Under the pieces are notes generated by a model. That model had not been told where the DNA came from and did not search any database. It saw only the letters and a program-made list of their open reading frames with translations. Below are positions 59,341 through 64,000 of a stretch of DNA of 64,000 nt, piece by piece; the stretch's first letter is position 1; every line of letters starts with the position of its first letter. This DNA comes from Nitrosopumilus sp. (lineage in GTDB: Archaea > Thermoproteota > Nitrososphaeria > Nitrososphaerales > Nitrosopumilaceae): assembly GCA_965197525.1 (NCBI GenBank), contig OZ240211.1:576001-640000 (forward strand). Direction: 5' to 3'. A program made the position numbers and the translations under genes.

Positions 59341-60672
59341 GGTTCTGTTGGGCTAACGGGTGTTGACTGCGGAGGATCATGTCAGATTCCACAACCATCA
59401 ACAACACATTGACTACTCGACTTTGACATATCGACTATTCGGATTACCGGTCTGCAGGGTTCCGCCATCGCCGGTTCAAAAACACCGGACTGCGCTTCAT
59501 GTATGCCATCTCTACTATCTCTAAACCTAGGAGACAGTTTGCGTGATATGTTCATGGCAGCGATGATATCCCTGTCCATAAACAAACCGCAATTATTACA
59601 CGATGATTTACGATGTTGTTGCATGTCCTCTTGGAGTCTCTTTCCGCATTGCGGACACTGCGTGCTCGTGTTTTTTGGGTCTACTGTTTTTACAGGTAGC
59701 CCGACCCATTGGGCTTTGTATTCTATTTGTCTTTGTAGTTCAAAGAATTGCCATCCGTTCAATCTACGTCTGTATTTGTTGCCTTGACCGTTTCCTTTTC
59801 CGTACAGTTTTCTAATTCCCTTTAGATTTTCTAGAACAATGACAGCCTTTTTCTTGACTGCATTGTCTACTATGTTTTTTGAGATTCTGTGTATGTACTG
59901 TTTTGTTCTGTTTGACATTCTTCTCTGTTTTTCTTTGTAGAATTGACCTTTCTTTCTTTTGTCGTTTCTACGGAAACCAGATCTGGCATGTATTGTGTTC
60001 TCTTTGATTGAGAGTAACTTGTTGGTTTTGTAGAATGTTACCTCTTCTTCATTTCCGCATGTGACGTTTCTAAGGTTTCTGTCTACTCCTACTGTCTTGG
60101 CGCACTCTATCTCCTGTACTTTTTTTGAAATACAAAGACTGATGTTGAGAGCAGTCAATGAAAACGAGCGCACTGCCAAGGCGGGATCCGACAGTATTTT
60201 TTGAGTATGTTCGTTGAGTAGGATGTTAATTGGATTTCTTGGCTTGTATGGAATTGTGAGTAAGGCGCCGTTGTGTTTTATACGGTAACAATTAGTGATA
60301 AACGGATTTTTGATAATTGGATCTTTTACTTTGAGGCCACGTTTGACTGACTGATCTCTGTTTGCCAGGATGCCAGCAGCTCGTGATATTGCATTGAGTT
60401 TGTATGAAGATAGGATGTCGTAGTGACGTAATTCGTGATAGCATAACATAGACAACCGTTTCATGTTGTGGGTATCTTCCTTTAGCCCTATCTTGATACA
60501 ACGGTTAACCATGTCTGTGAACGTGATCATCATGTCCATTAGGTCAGAGTTTGGTGTATGTTTTTGTGCTATTGACTTTATTGCTCTCAACAAGTATTGT
60601 ACGGTTTAAGGTTATCTATATTTAGTGTTATGGGTATAATTTCTGATCAACACCCGTTAACCCAACAGAACC
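59341..60672 (-). mobile_element. Non-autonomous IS6-type TIR element carrying tnpB (copy 3, 1332 bp)
   Basis: 26-bp TIR at 59341-59366 (one mismatch) and 60647-60672; 8-bp TSD. Confidence 0.93.
59382..60593 (-). CDS. tnpB: TnpB RNA-guided endonuclease (intact)
   Basis: VGVDRNL, IVLENL, CPQCG..CNNCG, DRDIIAAMNI; TTG start. Confidence 0.95.
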   Translation of the reverse strand: MLRAIKSIAQKHTPNSDLMDMMITFTDMVNRCIKIGLKEDTHNMKRLSMLCYHELRHYDILSSYKLNAISRAAGILANRDQSVKRGLKVKDPIIKNPFITNCYRIKHNGALLTIPYKPRNPINILLNEHTQKILSDPALAVRSFSLTALNISLCISKKVQEIECAKTVGVDRNLRNVTCGNEEEVTFYKTNKLLSIKENTIHARSGFRRNDKRKKGQFYKEKQRRMSNRTKQYIHRISKNIVDNAVKKKAVIVLENLKGIRKLYGKGNGQGNKYRRRLNGWQFFELQRQIEYKAQWVGLPVKTVDPKNTSTQCPQCGKRLQEDMQQHRKSSCNNCGLFMDRDIIAAMNISRKLSPRFRDSRDGIHEAQSGVFEPAMAEPCRPVIRIVDMSKSSSQCVVDGCGI

Positions 60673-60717
60673 AGATTAAGTATCTTTTAATATCCAAATT
60701 CAGCCTCTAGTATTATT

Positions 60718-60791
60718 GCAGTTATAGTACAGTCTGGTTAGTACTCGTGCTTGCCAAGTACGTGACCCGGGTTCAAATCCCGGTAACTGCA
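60718..60791 (+). tRNA. tRNA-Gly(GCC)
   Basis: GCAGTTA/TAACTGC acceptor; anticodon loop TTGCCAA; GGTTCAAATCC. Confidence 0.95.
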
Positions 60792-60795
60792 TTGT

Positions 60796-61224
60796 TTAAT
60801 TTTCTGCTTTCTTGAGTGCTTTACGAATAATATCCAGAGCATCAAAGGCCTTTTCTGGACGTGGTAACTGAATCATAAACGTATTATTCTTACCATAATG
60901 AGATTTTGGTGAAGCAATGGCAAGCATTGACGTCTTTGCAAGAGATTCAAAGAACGCGTAATCAGTATTTGCATTGATAAGAAACGTTTCGGTAATGTTC
61001 CATTTTGAGAATGTCAAGACAACCTCTACGAAAACATGGCCCAATCCATCTTGCAATATATTTAGATCAGTCATGATAGAGACAGAATCGCCTGCGGCTT
61101 TGGATATCATATCATCGTATCTTGACTCATCAAGTAAAATACACGGAGTTTTAGCCCCATCAAAATCAAAGATGGTAACACCATCATGTACTCTATCAAG
61201 GAGACGCTGCAGTTCCTCAGACAT
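60796..61224 (-). CDS. Conserved hypothetical protein
   Basis: TDLNILQDGLGHVFVE; overlaps the end of the antiporter gene. Confidence 0.7.
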   Translation of the reverse strand: MSEELQRLLDRVHDGVTIFDFDGAKTPCILLDESRYDDMISKAAGDSVSIMTDLNILQDGLGHVFVEVVLTFSKWNITETFLINANTDYAFFESLAKTSMLAIASPKSHYGKNNTFMIQLPRPEKAFDALDIIRKALKKAEN

Positions 61225-62560
61225 CAGAATCTTCTTCCAATGGAGGAGTTACTTTATCGCCTGCCTGGATTAAAAATGGAGATATCAGTGCAGTAACAAT
61301 AGCGATAACACCTATCAATGGGAACAAAAATGCACTGACGGCACCCATATCAACTCCAACTTTTACAATTACAATCGAGAATTCACCACGCGGAGCTGCT
61401 AGAGTAAATGCAGAACGTAATGCTTTACTGCGTTTCTGATTAAGTATCAAATTGCCCAACATATGACCGCTAAATTTCATCACAGTGGCGACTAGGATTA
61501 AAATAATTGCAATGACAATATAATTTTCAAGCTGTGATATATCCATCAAGGCACCTACTGAGACAAAGAAAATGGCTACAAACATGTTTTTGATTGGATT
61601 GGTAAGCACCTTTGCAACATCGGCTGATTTTGACTCTGCTACGAGTACACCTGCCAGAAATGCACCAATCGCAACAGATAACCCCACAATATTTGCAAGC
61701 AATGCATATCCAAAACATACACCTAAAATGCTTAGTAATAAAATTTCATTATGATCAGAAGATGCCACCCTATCAATAAGTCGGGGGATTACACGGGTTC
61801 CAATAGTGAATGTTCCGATAATAAGACTCATAGCGACTAGCAGTATTACAGCAATGGATTCTGCAGATATTGTACCAGCTAACGCAACAGATTGTAGTGA
61901 GGATATTAAGATAACTGCAATAATATCTTCAACAATTAAAACACCTAAAACCAAAAGCGAAGATTCTTTTTTGATTCTGCCCGTCTCTTCTAAAAGTTTG
62001 ACAATTACCGCAGTACTAGATATCGACAGGGCGGCTGCAATGAATAACGCATCCATAAATCCTAATCCTAACGCACTAGCAGTATAAAACAATACACCTA
62101 GTGTTAAAAATAATCCCAAGCTTCCAACTCCGACTGCTACACGTCCAATACTCTTAATCTTGGCATAGGGAAATTCTATACCAATTACAAACAAAAGCAA
62201 GATCACACCAATCTCTGCAAAGAGATTCAGTGCAGATACATCAGACAGTATTCCAACACCATCAATACCGCCAGAGAGTAGACTGCTACTACCATCACCG
62301 GCAGGAAGTATCCAAGACCATAGTGGAGACAAAGGTCCAAGCAGCATCCCTGCAAAGAGATAACCTATGATTAATGGTTGTTTGATTTTAAAGAAAGCTA
62401 GTGTAATAATTGCGCCGATTATCATGATAAGTGCTAAATCGGTTATAAAATCAGTATGCAATAATTTAGGAGTGACTTGGTCTAAGAGTCGAGTAATAGT
62501 ACTGTCAAATGAGCTCTGCATTCCGTTTCCGTCTACTTGAAGAGCAAAAGGATTAATCAC
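61217..62560 (-). CDS. CPA2 cation:proton antiporter (KefB-like)
   Basis: LSISSTAVIVK, LIVEDI, FFVSVG, PRGEFS. Confidence 0.92.
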   Translation of the reverse strand: MINPFALQVDGNGMQSSFDSTITRLLDQVTPKLLHTDFITDLALIMIIGAIITLAFFKIKQPLIIGYLFAGMLLGPLSPLWSWILPAGDGSSSLLSGGIDGVGILSDVSALNLFAEIGVILLLFVIGIEFPYAKIKSIGRVAVGVGSLGLFLTLGVLFYTASALGLGFMDALFIAAALSISSTAVIVKLLEETGRIKKESSLLVLGVLIVEDIIAVILISSLQSVALAGTISAESIAVILLVAMSLIIGTFTIGTRVIPRLIDRVASSDHNEILLLSILGVCFGYALLANIVGLSVAIGAFLAGVLVAESKSADVAKVLTNPIKNMFVAIFFVSVGALMDISQLENYIVIAIILILVATVMKFSGHMLGNLILNQKRSKALRSAFTLAAPRGEFSIVIVKVGVDMGAVSAFLFPLIGVIAIVTALISPFLIQAGDKVTPPLEEDSDV

Positions 62561-63313
62561 ACTATTAATTAGCAGATACGCTTAAAAGTGATTCATGTTT
62601 GCCGGCGTAATAGGGTATGCAAGTAGGAGCAATAGCTGGTAATAATATAACCTAATCTAGATAACATAAATGTGCAGAATGAAGAGTAGGTTGACTGATA
62701 CAAGATGAAGAGTAATAGCCTTGGGGTATCTGACTGCATATATGATAACCGAACACATATCAAGATCCTCCATAGATCCACATACTGCCTTGATGTAATA
62801 CGTCACCTTGCACGTTGGCAGGTTAATCATCATTTTTCAAGACTTGTTTGACTTGGCGCGCAGTAGTATTACCCCTAACACCGGAAACAATACAATTACT
62901 CCTATATCATACGCAAGTCAGTAATCGGCGTTGTCAAGTATCATTCCCAACACTACAAGAGGAGAGAATGCGATAACGATCGCAGCGATTATCATGACGA
63001 TGTTTGTCATAAGGCGAATGCCATGTAGTATATTTAAAATATTATGGCTGGCACTCTAAAACTATTAATAGTACGGTACCATACCGTACTATATGCTACA
63101 ATGCGAGTATTGTTCAGAGAGATTCATAGAGACAAAAGACGGTATTGCTATAAAAACACTGCATGAATTGCTACACGACCCCAGAGTTGTAAACGAATAG
63201 TTTTTTGTATCTATTTAATCCAACTTTTTTTTTTACTTGATGACCGCACACAGCAAACCGTACAATCTTCAAAATCATAGTGAATTAGAATAGGACAATC
63301 CTAGAATCAAGAA

Positions 63314-63964
63314 CTAGTTGTCGCCATCATTATCATCGACGCTAGCTTGAAGTTGATCCTTTCTCCTCTTTAATACAGTAAATATTCCAAGAATTGTAGA
63401 GACCCAGATTACACTAAATAGTATGTTTGAGATGCTAACGTACATGTACGGCGTAGCGTCCACTATATTAGTTTGAATTGCAGTAGCCCTTGCGTGAATG
63501 TCAAGCAACGCAGTATGATACGCAGCGTTATCCTTGGATATAGAAGCAAGATAATCAACACCGTCAAACATGGTATCAACATTATTTTGTATTCTAAGAA
63601 AATTAGTAGACTCGGTACTAAATATCCAAACAGGATTTTTTGAGATTAATTTTCCATTTGGGTCAGTGGTGCTAGGAAGACGATCCATTACTACATCAAG
63701 ATCTGACTGGATAGCAAAAAGATGATTGTGAATTATAACTGGATCCGATGAGGATATTACACCGTCAAGATTTCCTCTAATCCTATCAAGAGGATAAATA
63801 TCGTCATGGTATCCAGCAAATGCCATGTATACCCCAAATATAATCAATCCAAGTATCCCAATCATTGAAAGTTTGTATGTGGTATTTGCCATCTTTTCTC
63901 TCTTTGTAATTAGCCGATTATTGCTTGATTTATTTCTTTTAAATCTAGTATGGGAGAGACTCAT
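63314..63964 (-). CDS. Conserved thaumarchaeal membrane protein
   Basis: N- and C-terminal TM segments; NIVDATPYMYVS; true start probably MANTTY. Confidence 0.7.
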   Translation of the reverse strand: MSLSHTRFKRNKSSNNRLITKREKMANTTYKLSMIGILGLIIFGVYMAFAGYHDDIYPLDRIRGNLDGVISSSDPVIIHNHLFAIQSDLDVVMDRLPSTTDPNGKLISKNPVWIFSTESTNFLRIQNNVDTMFDGVDYLASISKDNAAYHTALLDIHARATAIQTNIVDATPYMYVSISNILFSVIWVSTILGIFTVLKRRKDQLQASVDDNDGDN

Positions 63965-64000
63965 ATATGCAATGTAAAAAAACCCAATAGTTTGTATCCC

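Larger units (their letters stand above)
59333..60680. repeat. 8-bp target-site duplication AGATTAAG (59333-59340 and 60673-60680)
   Basis: Directly abuts both TIRs of copy 3. Confidence 0.92.

Noticed and set aside
60642-60650. TTGAT next to the copy 2/3 TIR as an ISDra2-like TAM
   Set aside because: Four of the five bases are part of the TIR and copy 1 has no equivalent; too weak without a TAM assay.

Overview
The window looks like chromosomal DNA of an ammonia-oxidising archaeon (Thaumarchaeota, Nitrosopumilaceae-like). This is inferred from class I lysS, elp3, rps24e/rps27ae, rpl10e, eIF5A, Pus10, SRP54, EndA, Nre and the thaumarchaeal 'IPSWVKTNAGWW' proteins. Many IS elements and pseudogenes suggest a possibly host-associated lineage (inference). 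Housekeeping blocks alternate with accessory DNA at about 5.1-17.6 kb, 27.4-28.7 kb and 38.2-42.0 kb. Main discovery: three tnpB genes (22949-24235, 40698-42028, 59341-60672) have no tnpA. Each is bracketed by 25-26 bp terminal inverted repeats starting GGTTCTGT, the IS6-family end signature, and one copy has a perfect 8-bp target-site duplication (AGATTAAG). An IS6 DDE transposase sits in a 5.1 kb cargo element with the same end type (7727-12872). The tnpB 3' ends show compensatory base changes consistent with an omegaRNA, whose guide would lie inside the element rather than in flanking DNA. Second highlight: a fully paired extra tRNA in a mobile region (39040-39125) has a CAG (Leu) anticodon but Ser-like features (G73, A37, Ser-like acceptor stem). 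Other notable items are a 14-bp tandem array of CTAATTAG palindromes, an unannotated metallothionein-like peptide, a cysteine desulfurase remnant beside a DUF262-HNH/MTase pair, and a compensated frameshift in rps27ae. All analysis was done by eye; no searches were run.
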